Shown here piece after piece: positions 1-13,700 of a stretch of 64,000 nucleotides of DNA; position 1 is the stretch's first letter, and each line of letters begins with the position of its first letter. Where the stretch lies: contig CM119379.1 of the NCBI GenBank assembly GCA_051294905.1, positions 22,382,001-22,446,000 on the forward strand, given 5' to 3'. The stretch comes from Botryllus schlosseri. Taxonomy: Eukaryota. Below the pieces are notes generated by a model. That model was given only the letters and a program-made list of their open reading frames with translations, was not told the DNA's origin and made no database searches. The position numbers and the translations under genes are program-made.

Positions 1-277
1 GTTGCCCAGACACCAGTTGAGCACACGACACTTTAGCATGTGGCTTCATAACCCCAGAACTATCCCTGATATCAACCCTAACTCCGAGATTAACCGTTAC
101 CCAAATCCTAACCCTGAATTTAACCTACATGCTCGATTGCCGCATGCTTATTTGTCCATGGACTCTTAAGATGCCAGGCGGCATCATTCAACGCTCAGCC
201 ACCTGCTTCAATTACATACTGTTGTAAGATGCACTAAGTGCGGGATCGCAAATTTTGGAACCCCGTCCCATTTGCAG

Positions 278-3200
278 TGACTTACCCCCTGACGTCGACT
301 CTTTTGGCGTGACCTTACTCAACGCATCGAAGAAGAAACAAGGCCTCGGACGTATCACGATTCACTTCAGCAAGCTCGGGCTCGGGAAATTTGTCGATGA
401 ATGGTAACGTGCCGATGATAATGATACGGTGGATACTGGATAACGTCACAATGTGCTACTGCTTTTCCAGGTACAACTTATCGCCACCTCCGCAGTCTAC
501 AGGCCTTTTTGGCATGACGGAGGCATTTTTAGCTCCAAACGCGCACACGGCGTCAATCGGATCCGTGCGTTTAAAGGCGAGATTCACAAACGACCTGATC
601 ATGCCGGTCGATGAATATTCGCAACTGAAAAATGTGAGTGGAATATTCAGCCCATATGCAAACGATATTGCATCTAGTTGAAGGGGCATTTCCAAAACTT
701 GAGAGCATAGATTTTAACAGCTTTACAGCCATTGCTACTTGTCAGACTATATATATAATATATACCAGTATCAGACTATAAGAATTATATCAATATTCCC
801 AGTCTAGTAAGCGCAGAGATAGTTTTCTGTCCCCCCTACTGCAATGCTGTGATGTCATGAAAATTTCTGATATTTTTACCTGTCATGGCCGATACCGATA
901 TAAATTTCAATATATTTTTCAATGATATCGACTCGATATTATCACCAAACCTATAATAATTGGTCAGGCTCTAGTTATCGCCCCTTTGGACTTTTTGCAG
1001 TAGTCACAAGTTCCGCGCTAATCTCTTGCGCAATCTCATCTTTTCGCAGGTTCTGCTTGAGAACATGGACGTTGTTTTCGCCCTCTCGGACACGTGCGGA
1101 CAAGACAGAAACGCAATTGCATCGGTACTGCTGAAGGTTTTCAGAGATGAGAGAAAGGTGGATCCCCGTTTCGAATTCTATTTTGGTGCTGCGAATGCGA
1201 TAATTCCAGCGATTCTGGAATTTCAGGCTGTTATTCCAAACTTGGGAAATGGAATACTAGTAGCCTATCTGCAGTCAGCCTCTAAGACCAATTCGTTCAA
1301 ATTAGGGTTGAGTCCCAGTATCATCAATAACTGGATTAGCAAAGTAGGAGGATACACATGCAATCCACTCGAATCACATTTATTTATTATAATACCGACG
1401 CAAAAGCAACAGGGCATCGGGTGTGTCGGTGTTACTATGGGAATATGGAGTGTTCAAACAATCGGCGAATATTTTGAAGCTTGCTTTCAAATCGAACTAG
1501 GCGATATGGCGCTACAACAGCTTTTGTAGATGTTTTAATAGGATTAATCCCTGGATTGGGATCATAAAAACAGATTGAAATACCGGGATCAGGATTTTTC
1601 CAGGGTACCCACCCTAGTTCTGATACTTGTTGTTGAATTTCCCGGATAATACGTCTTGTTCGGATCGCGCAGGAGACGGAATTGCTGACGGCCTTGAACG
1701 AGAGAGAAATCTACGCCGAAGATGCAGAACCGGGCACGCTGTTCAGAGCGACTACGCTCGCTTCTACGCTGATGGAGCAGTACATGCGTGCGACTTGCGC
1801 CAGCTTCGTTTCCTTGGCATTGAAAGACGTCGTGAAGCAAGTCAACGAAAGCAAACAGTCGTGTGAGGTGGGTAGCGCTATTCGGTGATGCATTTGACCG
1901 TTTTCTCCGAGTGTATTTGCTCGCGTTGGAAATGTCTCGTGTTGCGTGTCTGTTTAAACTCGGGTTGAAGCCCGGCAATCATCACATTGTCGTCAGCGTT
2001 AGTTAGGGTTATCATATGTCCTTTTTCTAGAAATCTGAAATGTCCTCAGAGGGCGCCTTTTTCGCATTTCGTCCTTCTTTATAGCTTTGTGAGCCGGGCG
2101 ATCGTACACAGACCACTAAAAATGCCGTAATAGAATTGAAATCTGGATATCAACAGCAAGATCGCCTAAAAAAAGGTCAACTCTAACGGGTCTCTCGGGA
2201 GTCGCGACGGAAAAGTGACCTAATCAACCCATCAATGTCAGCAGTAAAATTTCGAGTTAATGGATGCTACTTCATCTTTTGTGACTTGTAAAAAGTGTCC
2301 CTTTTTTCGAATTTCGGAATACGATAACCCTAGTGTTGGTATTCAATTGGAAGGAAAAGTAACGCCATAAATTTCTGCCTGATTAGTACACGTACACGAC
2401 GGAAATAGAATTCACTAGGCCCGATTCTGACATGAATCTCCTGACGGAACATCTTCCGTTGAACGCGGTATCCAAACCACCTTGGCGTGTACGACATATT
2501 TCCTTCATAACATCGGCTGACAACTACATAAAGTTCGATCTCTGCGTGACTGCTGGAGCGTGAAGTTCTTGTGGAAATTTCAATAAATTGCAACTCCCAT
2601 TACGGCGGCGTTATGAAGAAAACGGCTGCGACCAAAAATTTTTTTCGTTCTGCCCTTCAATTTGAGACCACATCACTTTTAGAGTGCAGTGCCCCCTTAA
2701 GATAAAGGTTGGGCTTGAGTTTTTAATTTCCTGTTTGCATTGTTTCAATCAATATTCAATGCTGTCCTGTAGGGATGGTGTGAACGTGAGGTTCACGTTC
2801 GTGTTCTGTGTGTGAACCTCGGAAATTTAGAGGTTCGCGTTCACAACAGAACCTTGGTAGGTTCTACACTGTGAACCTTTTTGGTAAATTGTAATTTGCA
2901 CTTAATTATAAGATCTTTGGTTCAAGTTTATTGCATTTCAACTGCGGGTCACTCTATGCATGGCGCTGGCACCATAAAAAATCAACACTAAACGAGCATG
3001 CACCATGCCAACCTTAAAAGTTTTACTTGCATTTTTGTTACTAAAAATTTCTCGAAATATCCAGCATTCCGTTTGTGAATATTTAGTGACTCTCTGCTGT
3101 GAGCTTGACCCGCAATCACACATCACGAGCGAAATACGTAGTCAGCGAATGATGCTTATTCAACCAATCAATGACATTGATATCGTTTTCTAATGTAAAA

Positions 3201-6200
3201 AATCGAGCGGGCGTACGGGGTCAATCTCGACTTCATATCTTTACTGTATCATTAAAACCAAATCCGTGCGATTAAGGTGCTGGCTACTGCTATATAACTT
3301 GTTGTTTATGGTATCGGTAGCGAGTATAGAAACCCGTTTTACACTCTGCTCAATATCAATGTAGCAATACTCAGATTCCGAACACATTGTCCGGTCTGAC
3401 TAAGACCATTAAGGCGTAAGCTTATATTTCCTGGTAAGTCCTCGTCGAAATTGTTGGCAAAACGACGGAATCTATTGATTTTATGAGATTATTATATCAT
3501 TTGATAACCGCGGTTGATACATTTAGCGACATTTAAAACGCCAATATGTACTTCAGCAATGCGACATTATGTGGCCCGAGTCTTCGCTAGGTATCGTGTA
3601 CAATAATATAGGCTATCACTTCATTGAAAGATAGGGTTGGAATTAGCAATATGACCGCAGGCGCGTATCCAGAGCGCGAAAAAGGGGGGGGGGGTTTGCG
3701 TTACGAAATTGGCTATTGTGACGTCATCATTGCGATCACACGTCTCCACGCCGTGGCGAATATTTATAGTTTATTAATAAACAGAGATTTGCGGTGAGTG
3801 GGAGATGTACGAATACGATACAAAATCGCGTTTCTTTTACGGTATGATTGAAAGAAATTCGTAAATGCTCACATTTAGTCATGAGCCGGCAAACGCCGCC
3901 CGTCTTCAAGCGCCTAGTTCCGGCCAGAGATGCGCGATTTTGTTGGGTTTTGACGATATTATGCGCACGGTCGGTAGTATCGCAGCGGACGAACAAGCGC
4001 GGAATAAGGCGGTAGCCTAAACGAGGGCGATCGCGATCGCCACAGAGAGGTGTGGTGTGAACAGTGTACGTCGTACACGAATGTGTGCTTTTCGATGGCT
4101 TTACTAGCCATACGGCTGAGCGTGTAGTACGCGCGAAGATAATTAGACTTTAATTGCAAGCACGCAAGTCAGTCAATTAATACAGAGTACACACTGGGAT
4201 AATAACTAGATCGACAGAGAAACTTGTCAGCCGATAAATTAGGTTGACTTTACTACTAGGCCTACTCAATTCTCGCGTTCAGCGACAACATAGGCCTGTA
4301 TTTGGACGACAGCAAGCCACCTAACAATCGAGAACGTGGATTGCTAGGCTTGTATTTTGAAATGTGAATGTCAATCGTAGGTCATTTCTCGCCAATAATC
4401 GCGAATACAATGTGGATTTGAGAATAGCATTGTCGTACTGGTGCCGTCGTGTCTGCGTCTCGCTGATCAATCAACACGCCGTGCAATTCTTAATTAGGAC
4501 TTCAAGGCGAGCAGGTGCAGCGAATTCGCGAGCGATGTTGATTGCCGACAACTTCGTCTTTGCAATTACGTATCACATCGGCCAATTAGATTAGATTTTC
4601 CTAAAATGCGTCTCTCGTTTTAGCAAGGCGAGAGAGAAATCGAGGGAAGAAAGTTGAGAACGTCAGCAACCGCCACAGCTGAAATGTAGCTGACCAAGCG
4701 CAGAATTCTTATGGAATTAGCGAATTATAATGACCTATTTTATCCTTTCGACTAATTCAGCGCATAATTCCAATATTTTGTAGGGGTGTTAGTCCCCTTA
4801 AATAACATTAAGACGCCATATTCGCCTTCTCATACGTAAAAACGAATATGTTAAACTGATAAATTAGCAAATATTAGAGGCTATATTTGACATTAATTTT
4901 TAGGATTTTGAAAAGGGGGGGGTTCCGACCCCCTAAAACCCCCCCCTGGATACGCCACTGAATGACGTCACGAGGTTCACGTTCGTGTTCACACAGAACC
5001 TTTCAAAAAGGTTCGCGTTCACACGAACCCGAACCTTTCAGAGGTTCACACCATCCCTACTATCCTGTGAGTAGATGATTATTATTGGAGTTTTTGGAAC
5101 CGGATCGAGATGTCATTTCTACAATCCGGCCTAGGAGTCCGACCAGAGCTTTAAAAACAGGATCAGAGTAGGACCAGAGATCCAGCACTGCTGTATGGCC
5201 GCATGCGGCCGTAGAAATAAATTTGTGTGGTCGTCGACACATATTTCAATTAGCATGTGTTTGTGGTCGCCGACAACATGCCAGTTGAATTTACAAACCG
5301 ACTCTTACGAATTGAGAGATTTTAAATTCGCTACTTCATCTTCCAACTTCAATATAGTAGTGCCCTTTGCAATGTGAGCCCCACAGTACAGATACGAACA
5401 GCAGAAGAAAATGATGCGCCCCATATAGTAATACCAACTTGGAATCGTGTGCTCCTCACGAAAGAAATTTGTTTCTGGTATGTTCGGACGTTTCCAATAT
5501 CTTTCCACTATATACCGACAATCCTGATGGCAGGTCAAGAAATAACAGAAACAAAGTAACTAATAACAATTGGCCCACCCGAAGATGCATCATCATTTAT
5601 TACTTGCCCTAAAACTTTGGAAAACACTCCCTTCATCAACTCAACCGGTGATTCTGATCACATGGGCTAAGAAAGCATAAATTTTCGTAGTAATATGTGA
5701 AGCTACTGATACTAATGACGCAATTCATTCGTGAAACTGAAAAACATTCCGTGCGGCCATAGCGAGTCCTGCTTCAAAACATGACCATGACCACTCGCGA
5801 TTTCGGTGCGTTTAGTAAGGCGATATGAAAAATAGGTTAGTCCGAACTTCACCGGAAATGAGCATGGACAGCTTAATTGGGTATCTGGTGTCCAGTTTGT
5901 TCATTACGGCTATGCCTTGGAATGCGGCCGTAAGTTACATAAGTAATCGAAATTCGGCCGTGAATAGCAAAAACGTTGGCCACCCCTGTTCTGGTGCTGA
6001 CTATATTCACCGCGGCATCCATACTCAACCATGATTTAGTCACTACGTCTTTGTCTGCTAGTTGTATAACCAGATCAAATTTCGACAGCTCAACCCCGCA
6101 AAACTACCGGACAACCACGGCGATGTCAACCTCAACAGAGAATGCCTTCTCGGCCATTTGCGGGCGACCGTCGCTTCCATTATGCAAAGCCAGTCGATAT

Positions 6201-8422
6201 TTCCGAAGGATTTGCGTTACGTCTTCGGCAAATTACAGCAACTCGTGCACAAGAGATGGACCTACGATAAATGCGTCAGAACGCGCGTCGTGAGGTATTG
6301 AAACGATTACGATATCGGCTTGAGCACTCTGACAATATGAGAACGTCTCTTCGTTGATTGTTTTTCAGCGGTTTCGTGTTTCTGCGATTGATCTGCCCAG
6401 CGATTATCACCCCAAAAATGTTCAACATCATTTCTGAAACGCCAACACCGACGGCGGCACGAAATCTTTTGCTCGTCGCCAAGTGCTTGCAGGTGCGTCG
6501 CGTTTGTAGTAGTCAATAACATACATCATGATTCCATTTACAATCTATGGTGAAGACATTTTACCTATTCCTAATAAAACTCCTCACTGTTTCACCTCAA
6601 TTGAATCACTCTTCAAGAAGCTGTATTAGTTGTGGCTGTATAAAAGTCTTTGAATGGACTCAAGTTAACTTGTAATTACTTTTCATGTCATGTTTTATCC
6701 TGCTGCCTTCTGCTTCCTGTTTGCTATGCTTACTATGAGAGTGGAGTGTGATAGATTCCTATTGTACGAGGGTGGAAGTCTTCTTATAGCATCTTTTTCA
6801 ATCAAAGAAACTATAGGCCTAGCCCAATTGGCATCAATACTGATAGCTGGTGTTTTGTAGGTTCATTTCTCCTGGAATGATTTTCGCTGCTCAAATCAAT
6901 GAGAGTAGTGTTTTCCTAACCCTAGCTAGATTGCTCTTTCTCTAACTGAAAAATTAGATAGCGTTCATTGTTCTACATGAGATGAAATAAAAATTTCAAT
7001 TGTCCGTCACAATGCATCAACAATAAAATGGCCTATGTCCAATTACTTCAAGCAAGGTGATGGAAAAGGCCTATGTCACATCAAGTCGAGGAACAGGCCC
7101 AATATATGAGAAGGTCTCATTGCCATCTGAAAGAGCTGTATCCATATACTAGAAAAAATCAAAAAAAGTTAAATTATGAATAATGGACATAGGCCCTTTC
7201 TATTCTGGACGAACGATACCTTTCACATTATTAGCACACTGTTCACAATAAATTGCTTTCATCACATCAACCATTGCAACAGAACACTCATTGTAACTTT
7301 CCGGGTGTTTCTTTCGAAGAGTTATCAGCACGAAAAAAGAATTCAAACAGATTCAAATGTAAGGCCAATATGCCACATTAAGACTTAGCAATCAAAATTA
7401 CAGACCATGAAATTCGCTTTGTAACACTGGAAGTATAAGGTACGATAGTAGCAACACAAAATGTCAAAAACGAAAGCGACATACGCAGCAATTTTATGTT
7501 AACAAAACGTGTTTCTGTATAGCTTACAAATCTATTAGTTTGCTCTGTTGTTACTATTGGCGATCAAATGTTACCGTTTGTGTTGTAAAGTGTCGCCTAC
7601 CTATATTTCTGTGATTTCTACTACAGAATCTCGCTAACCTAATCGAGTTTGGGGCCAAGGAAGATTTCATGAGATGCATCAACCCGTTCATCGTCGAAAA
7701 CAAGAACAAAATCGTACAGTTCATCGACAATATCGGGAGCAACGAAACCCAGGTTCGCCGACCGCGTTTATACATCAAATCTAGACGCGTAAAACGTTGC
7801 ATTCGCAGACCAAGCACGTCGCTCCGAATAGCTTCGGGCAGAAAGTCGACCTGTCCCGAGACCTGGCACTTCTTCATCATATTTGCGTCGATCATCTGCA
7901 TGAGCTTCAAGCGTTGTCCACGAAAAAGGTTGGTTTTACTCGCAAAAGATGGCGCAGCCTGTATAATCTTAACTTCGGGACAAGTGGATGGTTTTTGTTG
8001 TATAATTAGACTAATTAGAGCGATTCTAATCTATATTGTGAAATGTCTCTATGCTATAATTTCAATTCTAATCTAACCTGCGGTTTTTCTGAAAATGCTA
8101 CACTATAACTGTATATTGCGAAAGGTGCCAAGCTTGGTGTACAGACATTTTCCATTCTCTCGCTTTTGAGAATGAACCCTGACCTGATATGAACTGAACC
8201 TAATTGTCGTTGTTGTCTTTCTTTATAATTCGGAATTGAATTCAATTTGCAAGTTTTTGCTAATTCAGTAATTCTAATCTAATTTGGAAAAGCTGTAGTG
8301 TAATCTGATCTTCCTGTGCGTGTTTTGTCTTCCAGCCATTTTTGAAAACGCTACTCGGCGTGTTGGAGCTGCTGAATCAACGGCAGAACAGCTACCTCCA
8401 GAAGCTGCGCGCCGAAAGATAA
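278..8422 (+). CDS. RASA1: Ras GTPase-activating protein (p120GAP/RASA1-like), 3' part: end of C2 domain, RasGAP domain and C-terminus; 5' exons lie upstream of the window
   Basis: Nine exons with AG/GT boundaries in continuous frame: 278-403, 471-633, 1050-1157, 1673-1867, 6089-6294, 6369-6492, 7627-7752, 7809-7928, 8336-8422 (TAA). The translation has RasGAP signatures TLFRATTLASTLMEQYM (arginine finger), SGFVFLRLICPAI (FLR motif), LQNLANLIEFGAKE and DLSRDLALLH, collinear with my recollection of human RASA1. Confidence 0.95.
1303..1616. mobile_element. hAT-like MITE in RASA1 intron
   Basis: Ends TAGGGTTGAG...ACCCACCCTA; flanking 8-mers GTTCAAAT / GTTCTGAT (6/8 match, degraded TSD). Confidence 0.5.
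2004..2332. mobile_element. hAT-like MITE, TAGGGTTACCAT family (copy 1)
   Basis: Ends TAGGGTTATCAT...GATAACCCTA; flanks GCGTTAGT / GTGTTGGT (6/8); similar in structure to the copies at 19077 and 45729. Confidence 0.7.
2770..5059. mobile_element. Non-autonomous hAT-like element containing a nested insertion
   Basis: Perfect 16-bp terminal inverted repeat (TIR) TAGGGATGGTGTGAAC (2770-2785) / GTTCACACCATCCCTA (5044-5059); 8-bp TSD CTGTCCTG / CTATCCTG; GTTCAC/GAACC subterminal repeats at both ends. Confidence 0.85.
3658..4960. mobile_element. Nested non-autonomous DNA element (CAG..GCGTATCCAG termini)
   Basis: Left end CAGGCGCGTATCCAG followed by a G-run; right end a C-run followed by CTGGATACGCCACTG (13/15 inverted match). 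TSD is only partly visible (ATGAC on both sides). Confidence 0.65.
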
Positions 8423-8712
8423 TCTCAACAAACCCGAGAGTTCCTTCCTAAGCCAACCTCTTTTTTATCATCCATCTTCAACTTGTGTGTATGTTCAGTT
8501 GTTCACAATGCAGTTATTTTTCGCTCCATCCCGTGCAGCGTCTCTTTTCCGTTTCGTTTCGTTTTGAACAGTGTTATGGCGTGCAATATAATCGACAAAT
8601 ACACAGAATGCTCATGTAAGAAAAGTTGTAATCGACTGTTGTGCTGGGGACTTGGGCCCGGCGATTAATACGAGGCACTGGTGAAATAGAGAATACAAAC
8701 GGCGCCGATTGA

Positions 8713-9181
8713 TAGGACTGGGCACAATAATTCCAGTACTCGAATCCGAATCGAGTAATAATTCGAGTCGAGTAGTAAAAGACGATTTTTTCGAGTACTG
8801 AAATTATACGCTTCTCGCGACTCAAAGTTAATTTACTCACGAGAATTATAGTTTTGATACTATTTTCCATTGAGAAAACCTTGATTGACCGTATCGCAGC
8901 ATACCAGACACAGTACAAAGCTTCGAACGCTGCTGGAAATGAAGTCATGATCATCCCACGACATTGTCAACAAGTGCAATGAAATCGGTATGGTCGAAAA
9001 AATACCAAAGTATCTTTAATATGATGGATAACAGGCATTCTATTCTTTGTGGTGGCATAAAAGGTACGTAATTGAACTTTGACATAGGACATCCTGTTGT
9101 GACGTAATAATCAGTGATACTCGACTCGCAATACTTGATTCACAATCGAATCACTCAGGTACTCGATTTAGCCCAGCCCTA
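8713..9181. mobile_element. MITE, TAGGGCTGGGC family (copy 1)
   Basis: Ends TAGGACTGGGCAC...GCCCAGCCCTA; internal sequence colinear with the copy at 40562-41065 (shared GAGTACTGAAATTATACGCTTCTCGC and TGTTGTGACGT..TAAT blocks). Confidence 0.8.
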
Positions 9182-10782
9182 AGTGATTGATGATGAAGTC
9201 AGTTCTCAGTTCGGTAGATGCTGGTTACAGATATCTTGCGCGTTTTCAAGGTCTGCCGGAATCCCGAGTATGAAAGGGGTTTGACAGAATATTAATTACT
9301 GTACTAATCGGTGGCGGTAAAGATAAGACCTATCACATGATTAAGGTTTAAAGTGGTATTTTTCGACCGAGTTATATGCCGGTGTTGGGATAACTCGAGT
9401 AAAGTTATCTGAATGACTTGTCTCAGTTACGGCAATAAATGAAATGTGCGATGATTCGTGAGCCGGAGATAAATTTTCGAGTCATTTTTAGTTCATCAAA
9501 TATTCTACTTGACAAAGCCACGTGATGAATACTTTCCATGTTTACTGGATTCCGTTTACGTTTTCGATATGGTAAGTTCCATCAGCAACTCGGCTAGCCT
9601 TTACCTTTCATCATATAGGCATATACTCGCCTTCACTGGCATTCTAGCATAATATAACAACCATGGGACAGTCATGCAGGTGTTAGAACCAAAGTTGATT
9701 CTCTCTTGGCAATTTCGACCAAGTTTGGGTACAAACTTATGTTACATGCTCAAAAATTGTGTTTGCTGTGCAAAAATATGAGACCCTACTGAATTTTCAG
9801 CACATCAGTCAATAAACGATACTTATACCTCATAATCATCATGCATCATACATCATGATCAATTTACATGAATTACCGTGGTGACTCATATTGCGTTAGT
9901 AGTTTGGAATTGGCATGACACCAATTTTGAATATTATTGACATGTCAACGCACATTAAAATTAAACAACACAAACAGAAAATATGATTTCGATGAAATAA
10001 GCGTGACTGACTTGAAAAAATTTGCAAAGACCTGACTTTTAACTCTAGTAGAAATTTGCCACGATTCGAAATGACTTATAATTCTTACTCGAAATTAGCC
10101 ACTTGTAATCTGGATTGTTATCATGGTGAAGGGAAAACGGAAGGGCGCAGGATCTATCAATTAGCCTAGTTCCAAGATAATGGATGGTAGGCTATATAGC
10201 CAGAAGCTCGGTGTATTTACTGACAGGCAGTTAGGCAGTGTCGTAATCGATGGGAATTTGATATACTACTCCATTGAAGCCGTTTCAACTGTTCATTATA
10301 TTAAGCCTATTACTAAACACGCTTTTGTACTGACGCCGCTGTCTGATTAGCGAATCGAACTTATATCGGTGGCGAGCTTGAAAGCGTGGAAATCATTCAG
10401 GAATATAACATCTGTCGTTAGTTAATACAGAGTGCTAATGGAATTTAGAGGGGTGGATAAGTAGGTCAATTGGCGGTCATGAAAATTCTGAGCATCCTCT
10501 CGTGATTCCAAATAAATTAAATTTAAACAATAAAATAAGGTGCGTTCATACACGCTTAGTAGTTAGTAATCGTCATTTGAAGTTTGGCGAACTCCTGGCC
10601 ACCTAGTACACCTATAGGCCTACGCAGTGAATTATTAACAGTATTGTGGATTGAAGTATTTTGTGTTCGAGCATGCCGCTTTGTATACATCATGTCGATA
10701 CTGAAAGCGAACAAGTTGTTTAGATACCACTTCAGATCCTATTCGGTAGGCTACAGGTAACCTCTACCACACAAAAGGCGTT

Positions 10783-13700
10783 ATGGATCTCGACACCGAT
10801 TTGGACTTGAAACTCGATTATGATGATGATATCCTGCGGGGTGATGGAATGCTGAGTGAGGAGGTAAGCATGTGTCTCGTATGATTGCAATTCTACCTTC
10901 TAGAATCTATAGATGTCGATACGATTGCAATTCTGCATTTTGTAGTGAGGTAAAGTTACGCAGTCGGTCAATATTCAATGTTCATAGGCGAGACGATACA
11001 AATATGTGAGTTGCTGTAAGCTAAGCAAGCTCTTTTACAGCCAGTCGGGATTGTTCGTAATCCATGGATTATTTCTAATAGAATATCTATTTGAACACGC
11101 AGGGCTCCGCTAGTCGGGTACACACACAATCGAACTTCGTCTCCTCATACGAAAATAGCGAATTGGACTTGCGTCTTCAAGCGCAAGAGCATATGTATCG
11201 ACAAACGCTGATCAGGGAGAGAAATAAAGTCAGTCTGCATTCTTTGGAAGAAGTCGGCCGCTCAATAACAGCCATTTCTCAACGACGAAGACAGTACTTT
11301 TTGGATTACAAAACCTGTAACAGTATTCGACAAATCCGACAATGGTTCTCGTGGGAAACGAAGGTACGCACTCCGATTTTAGTGTGTTGCTCTCAGACTT
11401 TCACAATAAAAGTGAATAAAAATGTTTAGTCACATGTTCTCAACTGCATTAGCAATCACTTGTGGACAAAGCTAAGTAGGCCTACATATGTTTAGAATAT
11501 AGGATTGAGAGATGTAAATTTTGTAAATATTTTCGGAACACGTTTTCAGCTATTTTGTTTGCCATTATTTCTTATGGTTTTCATTAGCTGTCATTCGCGG
11601 CATTTCCATTTTCTATATAAGATCACACTCCATTCAAAATGTAACTGTACAGTACATACAGCCCACCGTTAGCATGTCCAAAATATTGTGAGATCTGCTC
11701 ACTGGAGCATTGACTTTAATTCGTAAATGAGAATTTTATGCTCCTACACTGCATTCAGATCGAGTCCTGGAGCCATCAACATGCCCAATCGACACTTGGT
11801 AATACGCTATGTTACTGTTGTGTATTAGTTTGGCATTAAGAAAGCACGTTTTTTTCATTTTCAAATAAAACAGTTCATGTTCTCATTCCGCCGCATTACG
11901 TGCTGGAAATCGCCAACCTCCAACATTATCCGCCAACAAAGTTTTGCTATTAAACTGATGCTATTGCTTATCTAATGCAGAGAAATCTCGACACTAATCA
12001 CGTAGCTGGGTCGAAGCCCGATAACGCTGCCACCCGGGGTCTGAAAAATTTCCTGAACAAAATCGATTTCTACCTCACGCTCATCACACGTTTCGGTGAA
12101 TATGTGATTGACACACTGTTAAGACATTACACTATAGAGTTGGAAAGTGACTACGAAGTGACAAAGACGAAGGAAAAGATGCTTGAGCTTCAGGTGAGTA
12201 AAACATTCTGTGACAATTGACAAGGTATAATTCACCTCTATACTATCCATTTCAGGAGAAATGTACAATCCTTTTGAGTGACAACAACGAAGTAGAGCTG
12301 GAAAGTCCTAATTACACGGAGGTCGAGTTGAAATTCCCTATCATTTCCATTTTACGGCAAGTTCACGATACTCTGTGCACTATGACCGATCTTTCAACGC
12401 TATGGAGGATGCACGCAAGGTAATACAACAACTGTGAATGTCTGGTGTTCACGGATGCCTTATTTTTGCCTTTTGATAAATTCATTCATTTTGCCCTTGA
12501 ATTCGTCATCTTCAAACATAGCGATAGTTTCGATCATACATTTTATGTCTGCTGGTTATTGGTCAAATTTAATATCTTTCCGGCCAGTTGAAAGTATCTC
12601 TTCCCCTACTTCTCTGAACCTTGACCCTCAATTTCCTTTCTTCCAGATATGCAGCCCGATATGAACACATAAATTACAAGCGATCGCGCCTGGCTTCGGT
12701 CGAAAGAATGGATGATAAAATGGAAGAGATCAAGAGTTTGGAAAGTCGCATAAGGTTGATTTTACTGACAAAGGGATGGTCATCATTAAGTTTTTCACTC
12801 ACAATATCTTTTTGATAAGGTTGAACAAATACGATATATCGGAGGTGGAAGGTGATTTGAAAGACAGAGAAGCGATGATGGCCTCAACTGAGTTTTGCGA
12901 AGTTTACAGTAAATGCACAGACCGCATTGAGGAGCTCTCCATCATCGCCGACGAAATGAAATTGGAAATCAAGTCGCTGGACACCACGATCAAATAGTAT
13001 GTATGTGCTATCATCGAATTCGGCCTTCATTCATTCGTTGTATTGGGCGATGCTTCGGACGATATCTCCCTGATCAATTCATCGAAGACAACAATTTTGA
13101 TGATCGATGTTTTATACACCAGCATTCTCTTGTCCGTTGAAAAGTCCTGATATTTATCTAGTCAGTTTTAGCGGCACCCGATTTTTATTACGTACAAGTA
13201 TCCAAGGCGCAACCAATTGACCACATGACAGTGTGTTAAATCGCTTCGATCACCTCGATACGTCTATTGATCATGATCATCTAGTTTTTTTTGTTCTATT
13301 TACAAAATCTGGTATACATACAAGATTGTAAAATTCTAAAAAATGAGTCAAGAGCAAATTAACGCAGTGAAAATTTGTGGCATATGGTATCATATCTGAC
13401 GGCTTTTTGCGGATCATCCCAGAAAATATATGGGATTTGTGCCAGCTTTAATGAGTATTTTAGCGAAAAGGTGGTTTTATACATAATGCACAATGATATC
13501 TAAAGGGAAATCCAATGGCTATCTATTTAAAGTCAGTCTTTACATCCCGAATTACCGTCCAACATATCAGCAAGTTCAATGAATTCGATTTCGCCAAATT
13601 GTTCGTTGCGAATTATGGATCGTTAGCCCATACTCTCGAATTAATACGAGTTTGTTGAATAATGTCGCTCATGCCCAGTTTACACGAAAAAGCGGAAAGT

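Noticed and set aside
40-125. Telomere-like AACCCT motifs
   Set aside because: A few scattered, degenerate copies inside an intron; not a tandem array.
1026-1529. 167-aa ORF as a separate gene
   Set aside because: Only 1050-1157 is RASA1 exon; the rest is read-through into intron and MITE sequence.
7030-7195. 12-bp inverted repeat GGCCTATGTCCA / TGGACATAGGCC as a MITE
   Set aside because: No TSD and no second copy in the window.
12995-12997. TAG ending ORF 12776..12997 as the end of the coiled-coil gene
   Set aside because: The G is the first base of a GTATGT donor; TA joins T at 13679 to give TAT and the frame continues.
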